64,000 nucleotides of DNA from Felis catus (lineage: Eukaryota). The position numbers and the translations under genes were made by a program. The stretch lies in the NCBI RefSeq assembly GCF_018350175.1, contig NC_058368.1, positions 32,180,001 through 32,244,000 of the forward strand, read 5' to 3'. Position 1 is the stretch's first letter, and each line of letters begins with the position of its first letter. This document shows positions 13,575 through 26,340 of the stretch, piece by piece. Below the pieces are notes generated by a model, which was not told where the DNA came from, ran no database searches, and saw nothing but the letters and a program-made list of their open reading frames with translations.

Positions 13575-13657
13575 AATAAAAGGAGGACATTACACAAAGG
13601 CATGACTATCAGAAGGCAGGAATCATAGGGGCCATTGTTAGATACTATATACCACAT
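13575..13657 (-). mobile_element. MLT1 LTR 5'-end fragment
   Basis: cacaaaggcatgactatcagaaggcaggaatcataggggccattgttaga...taccaca. Confidence 0.55.
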
Positions 13658-13749
13658 GCTCCCAATTTAGAAACTGTGTAGTAGTTATGAGAACCAAATA
13701 AGAAAGAATATACAACTGAGGTCATGGAATAATAAGGGATGAGATTAAT

Positions 13750-14450
13750 AAGAATTATTAATATTGCATTTAATATTTGCCAGTCACTGTGTTATATACT
13801 TAAGTATATCATCTTAATTATCAAAATAATCCTATTAATTTGATAGCTTTATTAATATAATGAGAGCAAAAAATACACCAAAGCAGTGTTGGTGATTGGA
13901 CCACTCTGCCTCTTCTTTATAATATGAACATATAGCCACACTCTTTGACTTGGCACTTTTCAGAGCTTCTGAATAGAGACTTGAATTATATTTCCACACC
14001 CACTGATTTTGGGATCCTTTATGATTTAAGTCATAATTTAAATTTATTTTAAGTCATAAAAATGTTTTATTTTAACCAGCAGTATATGAGAAGGAGTGAT
14101 AGTGTGCCAATTGTGAACACAGGTTTTAAGCAGCATCACATATTTTTTCTTGATCCTCTTGAACTCCAGCACTCAGTCTGAGTTCCAGAAAGAGATGTGT
14201 ATTAAGTGGACCTGCACACAACATAGGAGCTGGAGTCAAGCACAGTTCAACCCAACTAGCAGAGCAGGGCCATATCCACAGCCAACCTGTAAACCAAGAT
14301 TTGTGTTTGTGAGCCACTGAGATTTGGGGGTCATTTGTTGCAGAAAAAAAGTTGATGAATACAACAGTAAGCAACTCAGCCAGTTACAGAACTAGTAAGT
14401 AAAAATTTGACCTCTGGCTGTCTGACTCCAGGGCCACTGCTTGAAAATAC
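13750..14450 (-). mobile_element. MIR split by an MLT1 LTR (pieces about 13750-13865 and 14363-14450)
   Basis: tttgccagtcactgtgttata... then ...agaactagtaagt...tttgacctctggctgtctgactccagggcc. Confidence 0.55.
13885..14362 (+). mobile_element. MLT1I/J-like MaLR solo LTR
   Basis: gaaggagtgatagtgtgccaatt...gagccactgagatttgggggtcatttgttgcag...tgaataca end. Confidence 0.7.
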
Positions 14451-14679
14451 AGTGTTTTTTGATCTCTAGTATCAGTAAAAATGAAATGTAGACGTCGTTT
14501 ATTTAAAGTTTTCCATTGATTTGTTCAGCACTAAAATGCATTTGAGAATCCTAAATGTGCCCAGCTCCATGCAATTATTTAAAAAAAAATGTAGAAGTAA
14601 ATAAATTATTATCCCTGCACTCAACAAGCCAAAAAAAATAACATAGTGCTGAATACCCCTTTTTTCTCTATTAACTCTT

Positions 14680-14757
14680 TTTTTGCTCCAAGTTTTTATT
14701 TAAATTCCAGTTAGTTAACATACAGTATAATATTAGTTTCAGGTGTAGAATTTAGTG
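14680..14757 (-). mobile_element. L1 3'-end micro-insertion of about 80 bp with TSD
   Basis: polyT, then tttatttaaattccagttagttaacatacagtataatattagtttcaggtgtagaatttagtg; TSD attaactctt at 14670 and 14758. Confidence 0.85.
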
Positions 14758-16280
14758 ATTAACTCTTAAATCTAGAACTATGTTAATAGTTGAAAGTACT
14801 ACCTCAAACTTACTTGAAGTTAAGTCAACAGAGAAAAGGGAAAGCTAATTAGAAATGGTTTATCACTTAATTTTTTAAAAATAAAATTTAGATTTACATA
14901 GATTTGAGGGTTAACATGATAGCAGGCCAAGTGTCCTAAATAAAAAAGATATAGCATTTGGTTTATTACTTGATGGTGTCATGAATATGTTGAGCTTTTA
15001 AATTTTATTTCATCTATACACTCATATTATTTAACAAATTAGAAATGTGAGATTTAAAATTATTAAGTAATGTAAACCCAAGTTAATTAGTGGCATAACC
15101 TAGAATCTGTCTTTAGTCAGTCTCATCCAACAGACTATGCACTTACTCACTCTCCTATGAAGGCTCCTTATAACACAGGCTCAAGCAACATGTTGTTAAC
15201 CACATAGACATGTCCCTAAAGGCCCCAAGGAAATTTAGTGAAGGGGGAAAGTCTGGATTTTCCCCATGGACTCATCAGAAACTGGAATAACTTCTTTTTT
15301 CCATTATGTGAGACAATCAACATAACTTCAACAGAGTAATACGGTAATACCTGGTAATGTGGCCAGAGCCTAATAGTTGACAGATTCTAAGGGTAATAAA
15401 GCTCTTAGAATACTGTCCATAATTTGTGTATTGCTTGATAAGTGTTAAATAGTAATAGTAATAATTGGAAATACACTGTACTAAATCCTTCCTTATAAAT
15501 ATATGAATCTACAGGATAGAATACATATTTTAAGCCAAAACAATAAAATGAATACTTAACACACAAAATACACATCAAAACACATGTAAACCTGTCTTGG
15601 TGAAAATAAAATCAAGGATTACAAAATGAACTCTTCTCAAATTCAAATATTAATGCTGGTGATTGATGTGATGAGTCGTTTAAGAGAGCTAAGATGGGGT
15701 AAACTTTGTCCAAGTCAGAATGGCATGTCCTTAAAATAAATGCAAATTATGTGATGATTTGCCTTCCTATAAATTTTCCCATAGTTGTAAGGATTTAATT
15801 AAAAAAAAAACTATAATAGGCATCAGGATATCCTATAAATCAAAACTATAAACAATAAAAAAAATGGAAATATGCTCTATGTTTGCTTTATCCAAAATCA
15901 GTGAACTTAGTATAAAATGTTTATCATATCTTTAAAGTGTAATGAAAATTCATTCATTTTGGCTAATACTTTCAAATTATTCCTTCATAACTTCCATGAA
16001 CAAACTATGTTCTTTTTTTTTTTGTCTTGTGATGAATGGCTTTGTTTGGTTTCTAGGAAAATAAATAAAAATTCAAAATGTAAAATTGTAGTCTATGTAC
16101 ACAGAATATTTTAATAAAATATATGCTTTAAACTTTCTTATGTCCTGAGTTATTTTGTATGTATTTACATGTAAATCTTTCTCAGGTAAGTTCTGAGAAA
16201 ATTTTACCTGTAAAACGAGATCTATGTGATTTTGAATATTTCACCTTAATATTTTTTCTGGTCTAAAAGATGTCTGCTAC

Positions 16281-16470
16281 AGGGTGCCTGGGTGGTTCAG
16301 TCAGTTGAGCATTTGACCCTTGATCTTGGCTCAGGTCATGATCTCATCCCACAGTCCCTGGGATGGAGCCAATACAGGTTCTGCACTGAGAGTGCAGAGC
16401 CTGCTTAGGATTCATTCTCTCCCTTTGTCTCTGCCCCCACCCGTCAAAATAAATAAGTAAAGTTAAAAAA
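16281..16470 (+). mobile_element. Can-SINE
   Basis: SINEC head and tail; diverged TSD aaaagatgtctgctac / aaaagatgtcaactat. Confidence 0.92.
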
Positions 16471-16832
16471 AAAAGATGTCAACTATAATACACCTTTCAA
16501 CTCTTTAGAAAAAAAAAGACAAGTCTTACAGTCTGGACAGGCATTAAAATTTTAGAGGGTTGGGATCAATCCATATTATATGCGGTAGAAATGCAAATAT
16601 GAAATGCAGAATCATACTTTATTCGATGAAATTTAAAAGTTCAGTAGGAAATATGTCAGTATCAGAAAATGCAGTATCAAATAAGCACAGAGAAGAAATT
16701 TTAACAAAATATATTTATGCTACGATTTTTACCGGCTCCTCAAATGTTTCTAATTTCTTTGAGGTAGGATATTGTTGTTTAACGGAGTGGAAGAATTTTC
16801 TTTTGGTTACCTGGGTTTAAAACAAAGCAATA

Positions 16833-17045
16833 AGGGTGCCTGGGAGGTTTAGTCTATTGAACATCCAACTCTTGATTTTTGCTCAAGTCATGATCTCAAG
16901 TTTGTGGGATTGAGCTGTGTATATTGCCCCATATTGAACTCTCCCCTTGGCATGGGGCCTCCTTGGGATTCTCTCCTTCTGCTCCTCCCCACCACTTGCC
17001 ACTCATGCTCTCTCTCTCTAAAATAAAAAAAAATAAATATTAATA
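16833..17045 (+). mobile_element. Old Can-SINE
   Basis: SINEC head and tail; TSD aaaacaaagcaataag / aaaacaaagccataag. Confidence 0.9.
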
Positions 17046-17994
17046 AAACAAAGCCATAAGATATGTGCTTTAAAAAATTATCTTTCTTTTTCTCTTTCCT
17101 TAAAGAAATGTCCTTTAAAATGTCCCCTTCGATTATTTAATCTGTTAACAGTTGGCTAGGATCTGATTATATTTCATAAGAACTTCAGTTAAGTTTTAAC
17201 TCGTTTTAGTGAAGTTTTAGATGTGTGGCCACGTATGTAACAGCTGAACCCTCACTTTTTTTTTTTTCTAATCATGTCTAAAGCAATGACTTAAAAATAG
17301 TCAGGACCATTAAAGAAATTCTCTCATACTTCAGAGTAGAAAACTGAGGTCATTATCTGGCCACATTTCTCTAATCTTTCACTAAAATCAAGTGTATATA
17401 CACCATTAACCTGAATCTAGGGCCTTGTAAAACAACTTCCTAGTAAATTAATTTACCTCTCAATGCAAGTATGCACATAGATGTGTCTATTCTTGATTTA
17501 AGTTTAATCAGATGGGGACTTTTACAGTTTGTTTGTTCTGTAAGGTATGACATTATAGAAGATTCCTTACCATGCCCCTGGTTATTTGTGACTTAGAAAA
17601 AAACAATTTATTTTTGTTTTTGCAAACATACCAGGCATAATTATTTAAAATAGCTCTGTGAACTCCTTAGACAACTGTTCAATCTTTATATTTTATATGG
17701 AAAATAGAGCTATGACTTTGTTCTTGGATTTCAAATGAAATTTCTTATCTTTCAATGACTTTCTTATCTGATTCTTTCATTCTTCTGTCATTCTTCTATT
17801 ATGTGTTCCCTTATATTTAACTTTATTTAATTTATTCCTTTAAACAAACCTCTTTACTGGGTTCCGTTTCCTCTTACAACTTTATGTAGCTCCAATTGTA
17901 TACAGTACAAGAAATTACTTTTCTTAATTTCTTCACCAATTTAGAATTTTTAAAGTAATTGTATTGGTGGTATCTAATCCTTTCTGGGTAATTC

Positions 17995-18223
17995 TTTTTT
18001 TTTTTTTTTAATTTTTTTTAAATGTTTGTTTATTTTTGAGACAGAGAGAGACAAAGCATGAATGGGGGTGGGTCAGAGAGAGAGGGAGACACAGAATCGG
18101 AAGCAGGCTCCAGGCTCTGAGCTGTCAGCACAGAGCCCGACGCCGGGCTCGAACTCACGGACCGTGAGATCATGACATGAGCCGAGGTCGGACGCTTAAC
18201 CGACTGAGCCACCCAGGCGCCCC
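17995..18223 (-). mobile_element. Young felid SINEC_Fc
   Basis: CpG-rich, near consensus; perfect TSD ctgggtaattctttttt. Confidence 0.97.
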
Positions 18224-18625
18224 TGGGTAATTCTTTTTTTTAATCCTACATATGAATGTAGTGGAATATGATACCTTTAAACAAATGTATTGGTTCATCA
18301 GAATTTTTAATTAACATCTATTATATGACAAGTGTTTATCTAAAAAGTGGTGGATGTAAATATTTTTAAAATAAGCTTCCGGATATATCTGTATAATATA
18401 TTTCTTACACACTGACTACATCTTCTTTTGCCTTTTTATATGACAAAAATTTTGTAATTTTTTTCTGCAGGAAGATAAGAAAGATAATTCACTCTTTTAA
18501 TATGATTGTTCTACATTTAAAAATTATTCATAGTTGAGAAAGGTTTTTTCAGTTTTACAACTTATTATAGAAGCTAAACAACTTCTTTGAAGTCTTATAT
18601 GATATGAAAAATAATCACCTACATC

Positions 18626-18848
18626 AGATGTTTGCAAACATTTTATGTAAAGGGACAGATAGTAAATATTTCAGACTTTGTGGTCCATATGGTCTCTGTT
18701 ACAACTACTAAATTCTGCCCTTGTGATGCAAACATGGCCATAGACAATACTTAAATTAATGAATGTGCCTGTGTTCCACTAAAATTTTATTTATAAAAAC
18801 AGGCAAGAGGCCAGATTTTTCCCTAGGGCCATATTTTGCTAACTGCTG
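18626..18848 (-). mobile_element. MER58A-like MITE
   Basis: cag..tttgcaaac...gtaaagggacagatagtaaatattt...tttgctaactgctg; TIR-like ends; homologous to 865-1075. Confidence 0.85.
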
Positions 18849-19004
18849 ATATATATTAATTAGTTGTCTATGGTAATCTATTTTATGAAACATATACATT
18901 ACTTGCATAGTCAACAAAACCACTAAGCTATTTAACTAGATAAAAAAATCCTGATAATTTTTCTGCTAACCATTTTGCTGACTTTCCAGGCTGCTCCGGA
19001 TTCT

Positions 19005-19230
19005 TGGTGCAGTAGTTTATAAGTAGGACCGAGAGATAAACAGTCTGGATTCAAGTCCCAGTAATATAACTTTTCAGAAATATGATGTCAGGCTTGTATT
19101 GATTTACTTTAAACTGCAATTGTCTTCATCTGCCCAATGATGACAATAAAAATAGGTACCACAGTTTTTGGGAGATAATTCACAAAAATAGTGGAAAGTG
19201 CTAAGTTCAGAGTTTGGGAAATAAAAGTCA
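19005..19230 (+). mobile_element. MIR
   Basis: tctggattcaagtcccag...cttcatctg...aaagtgctaagttcagagtttgg. Confidence 0.6.
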
Positions 19231-20429
19231 CTTTATTAACATAAACTATTGTTTTAGCTTCTTTAGGTTCTTTAGGGAATAATGACCATAATGTCTTATT
19301 CACAAGAGTGCAGAGAGATTAAAGACTATGAGAAAAATCTTTCTGAAAGTAAACTGAATTGATGCCAGGATTTTTTCTGATACCAGTGATTTGAAAACTG
19401 AAGAATGTTTGAGAGGAAAAACTTTCAAAATACCAAGTTCCAGACACCTATTTTACATTCTAAAGGCACATGACATTAGTGGGTTTTTTCTCATAAATTC
19501 TGATTATTATGTTTTTCTTTTCCTATCTAATCTTTGTTAAAAACATGTTTGCATTAAAAGAAAACAGCAAAGGTCACATTACTGAAATATCATTTCACAA
19601 TAACCAGTGATTGCATGGAATTAAAATCACTAGTGAGCAGAAATTACAAATGGGGATGAGAAAATGAATGTGCATTTGAATAATCTCCCTATGTTCTCAG
19701 TAAACAGGTTGGATGATTGTATATTCATAGGGGTGTGATGAAGATTTAGGTTATCCTTCTTTTTGAAATTATTTTACTTCAGTAACCATCATACCACTGG
19801 AGTAGAAAACAGTCATTGAAATATCATTGACACTCATGCCATTCAGTGTACTAAAAGAGAGTCAAAGCAGTAGGTGTGCAAAGTGTTGGTGCTTTTCTTT
19901 CTGGTGAACATGACATAAAAGCCTGATGATGTGTTCTGTTATTCAAGTGAAACTGCCAACAGCAGATCAATACTGGGGATGGATATCAAGTCTGAGGTAT
20001 TCACTAATGGCTATTGTAGGTCCCAGAGCAGCTGAAGAAAAGCAGATTGTGTCTTAATAAAAGTTACAGATCAGTAATGATGGGGAAATACAGAGCATAA
20101 TGTAGAGAGTTTCAAAGTTATTTTTATCATGGAACTCAGTCACTAAAATTGTAGAGGATTGATGCATTCTTAGAGTCTAACAAATATTGTTTAGTGTCCA
20201 ATATGTCACCACATAACAAGGTAAAAACTGATTCTAATAATTTAATTGTTTTAAAATTTGATTTGGCCATAAGGTCTCTGCAATGTACAACTCCAAGGAA
20301 TGTCTTCACACTGGAGTCCATATAAATACTCTCTACTATAAAACTGCAGGTGAATTTCCGGATCTCAATATATTCTTTCCACTCTCTAATGGTGTCCTTA
20401 GAGGTGTACAATACAGAAGCCCTGTTTGT

Positions 20430-20790
20430 CTGCAAGATTAAGGAACCTTGATTAAATGTTGCTTATATGTGATCTGAATCCAATTTCATAAAACCAAGTG
20501 AAAAGCTGGTAGGGTTCCCTTAAGGTCATCAGAGACAAAAATTCCCTCCATCTTTTTGTTTTGCCCTCCTTAACACATGGCATTGACCTTATGGTCCAGA
20601 CATCTTGATCACATTCCAACAAACAGGAAGAAAAAATTGGAGAAGAAGCTTAAGTTTTTCTTTTTAACGACATTTTCTAGATATTGCATACAGTAATTTT
20701 ACTTAAATCCCATTGGCAAAAGTTTAATCACAAGGCCACATGGGATGCAAAGGAAATTGGGAAATAGTCTCACTATTCTGGGTGACCATC
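20430..20790 (-). mobile_element. MLT1J/K-like LTR
   Basis: atcccattggcaaaagtttaatcacaaggccaca...gcaaaggaaattgggaaatagtct. Confidence 0.6.
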
Positions 20791-21104
20791 CAGAATGGTT
20801 AACATTTCAAGTATTAGTAAATTGTAAGACACTATTACAAACAAAAGGACATTGTTTAAAAAGGAGTTAACAAATAGGTCGGTCCTATCTGTTGGGGCAC
20901 ATAGCAATTTACTTAATCTAGTCCCCCAAGGGAAACGTGCTATCTTTATTATAAAGCTTAATGAGTAGAATGGGGATAAAAGTGTATCTGCAAAGATAGA
21001 TCTTCCTCAAATAATACAAAAATCTGCTTTGCTAATAATGTACAGTCAAAAATTATACCAGATACCTATTTTATTACTATCATTACTTTTTAAATCATAG
21101 TTAC

Positions 21105-21477
21105 TGTATTCATTTTCAATTACTTCTGTAACAAATTATCACAAAATTAATGGGTCAAAACAACACAAAGTTTCTGTGGATCTCATTCCTGGACTTATGG
21201 TCTCTTCATTTTCAAAGCTGCAGTGGCAGCTTGAGTTCTTCTCTTCTCATCACTTTCACCTTCTGCTTCTTTCTTAAACTTTTAAGGACCCTTATGATTA
21301 CTTTCAGATTACAGGAATAATTCAGGAGAACACTCTTTTTTAAAGATCTGTGCCATATCAGATAAGCAACTTTAATTCATCTGCAATCTTAATCCTAATT
21401 TCCTTTAAGGTAACATATTTACAGGTTGCTAGGATTAGAAGTGGCTATCATTGAGGACACTATTTAATTTATCACAG
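21105..21477 (-). mobile_element. MLT1D/E-like LTR (internally deleted)
   Basis: tgtattcattttc...gtaacaaattatcacaaa...ttttaaggacccttatgattac...atcaca. Confidence 0.7.
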
Positions 21478-21862
21478 TTATATAAGATATTTCTCAATTT
21501 TACATTTTAAAAGTTTAATATACTTTGGTCTCAGTATACTGCTAAGTTGCTAAGTGACTAAGTAAGGAGGCATCTGGCTATATTATTGAAGTATATGGTA
21601 GAGATAAAATCACCTCACATTGACTTGGTCCCAGATTTCTTCATGGTTATTATGCTCTATCTCACTAATTTGGGACAGAAGGGTTGGACATGATTGTCAT
21701 GGGCAAATAGAAATTAGTCCTAATTTCTCCATAGGCCTTGTCAAACTTAGTCTATATCACATATTAGATTATTATTTTTTTAAAAATGAAGACAAAATAT
21801 TTCAATATGTTCATCCTTCCTGTGTAGCGGAATCTGATTGCCAAAAAGTCACTTAAGGTAAC

Positions 21863-22229
21863 TGTATTAGTCAGAGTTCTCAAATAAAAAAGAACCAATT
21901 GTGGTTTGGGTGGTGGGGTAAAGAACTGGCTTACGTGGTCATGAAGATTGGCAAGTCTGAAATTAGCAAGGGAGGCAGTCAAGAGTTGATGCAGCAATGT
22001 TGAGTCCAAAGGCATTCTGGAGAGAATTTCTTCCTCTTTATTGGACCGCAGTCTTTTCTCTTAAGGAGGTGAACTGATTGGATGCGGTTCACCAATATTA
22101 TCAAGCATAATCTCAAAGTTTACTGATTCAAATGTTAATTTGAATCTTCACAGAAGATCTAGACTGTTGTTTAGCCAAAATCTGGGTACTATAACCTAGC
22201 CATGTTGATACATAATATTAATCATCACA
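21863..22229 (-). mobile_element. MLT2 (ERV-L) solo LTR
   Basis: tgtattagtcagagttctc...ttgatacataatattaatcatcaca; TG..CA ends; TSD gtaac/gtaag. Confidence 0.85.
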
Positions 22230-23087
22230 GTAAGGGATACTAGGGAGATAAAAAATGAGTACGCTCATCAGAACACAGAATGGTGGAGGCACCAGAAGGA
22301 CATCCGACATGCCCTTCATGGTATAAAAAATATTTAAAGCATAAAATCTCTGCTATTCAGAGCTTGTATTTCACAAATGGATAGCTTCCAGGGGATAAAT
22401 AATTCTTACCAAAAATCCATCTATTCATCCGATCATCTGACAGATAATTAAGTGCCTTCTATTATGCTAGGTTATACACATAAATCAATAATGGGACAAA
22501 ATGCCTGCTTGCATGGAGCTTACCTTCTTGTAATGCAGTGAGACAGTTCACTTCCTGGTTTATCCATCCTAGAGCAAACCTCCAGGATTCAAACATTCAA
22601 ATTCATCTCAGCAGTTCCTCTCAGTCACACTCCAGGGTATTACTTTAACAGGATCTAAATCTCCACATTTTAATGACAACTCAAGCAATTAACATCTCCT
22701 AAAGGGAATCTAAATGCAAACAGCTTATGCAAAGCAATATCCCTGAAGGGGACTTTAAGCACCTAACCCCTAAGGAACAACTTATGCAAGCAAGTATCAG
22801 TTGAAGTAGTTTACCCTTAATAAATATTTATTCAAACTAATGCCCTCGAGCGAATTCTAAAGTTTAGTTGCTATACTGTGGGGCGCCCACACGCGGACAT
22901 ACTCATACATACACACACTCATGCATACACAAATAAATGGATATCTTAAATTCTCTTCAAATAGGATGGAAAGAACAGGATGAAAAATAAGTAAAAGTTC
23001 AGAACTTGAACAACTAGACTATTAAAAACATGCATAAGAAGGTATTCCTCCACATTTATTTTTAGATGGTTAAATACAGATTTTTAA

Positions 23088-23088
<1 letters not shown>

Positions 23089-23128
<40 letters not shown>
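23089..23128. repeat. (CA)n microsatellite
   Basis: Directly visible. Confidence 0.97.
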
Positions 23129-23131
<3 letters not shown>

Positions 23132-24334
23132 TTTTTCACGTGGTACATGGTAACACACAACGACGTGAATGTACTCCTTACCAAAGTATATATTTGGCTT
23201 GATCAGTGAGTGCTCAATGCTTGCTTCAGCTCATTGGAAATGTGGATAAAAACTAGATAAAAGCATTAATTCACCAAAATTGTTTTATGGGATTTAACAT
23301 ATAAATACAAGTTGATAATGTGATGTGATTATGCAGGTAAATGTTAGAAGTTAAAATTGGTGGTTGCTATCTGTTCTTTAGTTATTTTTTTCAAAATGGA
23401 AATGGAAAATTGAAGATACACACAAATGCAAAGGTGGAAGTTAAGCACAGATAGGACTTAAAAATTACAAAGAATGTGTTTTCAATTTGGTATCTGAGTA
23501 TAGGTTTGAAAAAATCCTGAGAGTTCCAGCACTTAATATATGTGAAATAACATCATAATGAGCCAAAATTGACCCTTAAGTAATATTAACTTTAACTTCG
23601 TAGTAAAGAAATAACAGACTACAAACAATTGTATTAGAATTGACTGCTACAATTTTTAAATGCTTATTTAAATTATTAATTTTGACAAGGCAATCTATTA
23701 ATATGAAAGAATTGGATTGTTGTGTGTTGAATGCCTAACCCAAAAAATCTAGGAATTTTTGTATTTTTATTAATTTTAACATTGAATGTTAGTAATTCTC
23801 ATTTCCATTTTTGAGGAATATATATTGAAATTCGAAGATATGAGGTCATACACTTTGTTACTAATAGAAACCAAGATTATTCTTCAAAGTCTGCACTTTG
23901 CACAATGTCACAATGTATGGAACATATTGGTGTACAGTCTTTTACTATAGAGATAACACTTGAGATAAATAATGAATGTGGGAATCCTTCCACACATAGG
24001 GCCCTTGAGCAGATATAATAAAAACCAAGTTGCTGTGAGTTGGTTGTTATTTTTTTTAACTTAGATTTGAATACTGTTCTCATCATTTCTAGACTCACTT
24101 TACTCCCTGGGTTCCAGTTCTCTACATGCCTTTATCACAGCAATCCCCATTTTATTCTAGTAACCTTTGAGAAAAAAAACCTCTTATACAATGCTATTCC
24201 ATTCTCCTCCTGTAGCTCATTTTTTCTATGACTTCCACAGCATAAAACCTGAAATAAATGATACTTATCAGAAATGGCTAGAAGGTCAGATATCATTCTA
24301 ACTAAATACCTATTTCTTTTTTAGGAATATGTGA

Positions 24335-24481
24335 TTTTTTTAATGTTTATTTATTTTGAGAGAAGTGAGAGATACAGCACAGGGGAAAGGCAGAGAGAGA
24401 GAGAGAGGGAGAGAGAGAATCCCAAGGAGGCTGAGTACTGACAACATAGAGCCCCACTCGGGACTGGATCTCAGGAACTAT
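24335..24481 (-). mobile_element. Can-SINE 3' portion, interrupted by an ERV LTR
   Basis: ttttttaatgtttatttattttgagag...gagagaatcccaag...ctggatctcaggaactat, then an abrupt switch to the LTR; SINE head absent. Confidence 0.85.
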
Positions 24482-24781
24482 TGTTACAGAACCAGACTGG
24501 AACGCTGACAGAAAACTATGCAGTCCTTGGACATCTTGGTGGATTGGAGATTTATTTAACATCAGCAGGCTCAGAGAAGACCGTTTCTCCAAAGATCTGA
24601 GCTCCAAATGCAAGTGGGAAGGGTAATTTACAGCGTCATCTTCCACATTCCTGGCGGCTTTCATGCATGTGGCAAACAGGGCAGGAAGAACCCGGAACAG
24701 TAGTCTCTAAGCTAGGAACTAGAGCTTGTTTTAGTCCCGTTGACCATCTTATGGTGTAAAACTTTATTCATTTTCCCAACA
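24482..24781 (-). repeat. ERV 3' LTR (300 bp)
   Basis: On minus: TGTTG...TAACA ends; AATAAA at 24551-24556; immediately preceded by the PPT. Confidence 0.85.
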
Positions 24782-24793
24782 TTCCCCACTTTG
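24782..24793 (-). other. Polypurine tract
   Basis: CAAAGTGGGGAA on minus, directly abutting the LTR TG. Confidence 0.8.
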
Positions 24794-24816
24794 ATGCCTT
24801 TTTAAAAAATCTTTTA

Positions 24817-26340
24817 TTAGGCATTACTTTTTAGCTCTAGGGGTTCATACCCTCGGAAGGCTAAGATACATGCTACAGTTTGTCAAGCAACAGTGTTTTC
24901 AATAAAACGTACTAGGGTATTTAGTATACAAGGGCCGATGGTCACAAGTAAAATTATGGAAAGGAGGGGCCCTGCCAGGGAAGGCAGCCAGGATGCCCAG
25001 TCTGTGAGATCCCATCCTCTCCGTTGACTGATATTTTCTTGTTGTCTATGTTGAATTCCTTCCTTGAGTTCCTTAACGTTAGTCATGACTATTCCTGACT
25101 GGTTTACAAAATAGCAACATTCCTCCTCCAGATAGATACAAGTCCCCCCTTTTTGAAGTGACGAGGTCAAGGGCTTTCTTATTTTGGAGGGACACTGCTG
25201 CCAGGGAGTTTATCTGGCTTTGTAAGGTTACCAGGGAGCCCACCACCCATTCCATTTCTTCATTTAGTTCTCAAGATAGTTTGTGGTATAGCCCTACAGA
25301 TGAACCTATGCCTCCTATTCCAGTTCCTATTCCCATTGCAATTCCTGCTCCTATCAGGACGGGTAGCAGGACTGCCCATTTAGCCCGGGACTTGGGGCTG
25401 AAGGCTGTTAGGAACTGATCCTCAGTGTATACAGATATTTCCAGAATTAGGACAATGGAATAGCACATCTGAGTCCATTTGGCATCCAAGCATCGGTAGA
25501 CCGAATTGGAGCACAGAGAGAATACCCCAGGGGTTGAACATAGGTTTGTATTCCTTTTCAAGGTTATATTTCTCCCACATAGGGAGGTGCTGTCCATACC
25601 CTCAGGGACCATACAAGTTAGATTGTCGGCATTGGTGAGATGGACCCCAGTGGCCAAGGGTCCAATCAAGACAGTGGTGTTGGTTGTGATGTTTTCAGGA
25701 GCTTCTCAGGCCAAGGAGATGGGAGTGGCTAAGTAAACCCTCGGACTGAGACGCAAGCATATCCAACAGGTGTGGGTGTGGTTATCCACTTTGTGGAGGA
25801 CTTGTAGGGTGGTGTTGGCCCAGCCTTGGAGCAGGGAAATGGTGAGCATTTGATTAAAGGCTGAAAGGTTAAAACCCTGTTAGGATGCCAGGGGAGTGGT
25901 TGCCTTTACGGCTTATATTAGCCTGGTCTGGGTATCCTTTCTGACTTTTTGAAGGGCCTTGTCTTGCACCCCTCCCCCGTCTGATGTCCCTTGTTGGGGA
26001 AGTTATGTACACTAGACTCACTTTCTTTTCTGGAGGCTTTGTTTGTTACATGGGCTCCTGCTATTTTGAGTTATTTCTACAGTCCAAAACTGATGTGGTT
26101 GGTCATCTGGCTATTAGCAGAGGGTGGGTGTCTTTCCCTTTAAGAATCTTTGTGGAGAGAGGTGAGGGAGCTGAACACCCTTGCATTCCTGATACCATGG
26201 GATACTGTCCTTATTGTCTTATAACAATCCTGGGGGCAAGGTGGGTATGTGGCAGTTGTGAGGGTGAGAGAGGTTAACATAACATACAGGCAATACTTAA
26301 TAGTCCTCCCATCCAGAGGAGGTGTGTGAGACCCAGCATG
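24817..26340 (-). pseudogene. env: Decayed retroviral envelope, HERV-W/syncytin-1-like (RDR-type)
   Basis: SDGGGVQD (25961-25984), CWIC (25757-25768), RAKW (mutated furin site), fusion peptide AVLLPVLIGAGIAMGIGTGIGG, ISD LQNKKALDLV, CIYLEEECC (CX6CC), TM helix, YEPL tail; several in-frame stops and frameshifts. Confidence 0.93.

Noticed and set aside
19300..20435. Possible exon or pseudogene in a repeat-poor stretch
   Set aside because: No identifiable translation or splice structure
24817..26340. Functional syncytin (e.g. syncytin-Car1) or intact env gene
   Set aside because: At least five in-frame stops, frameshifts and a destroyed furin site
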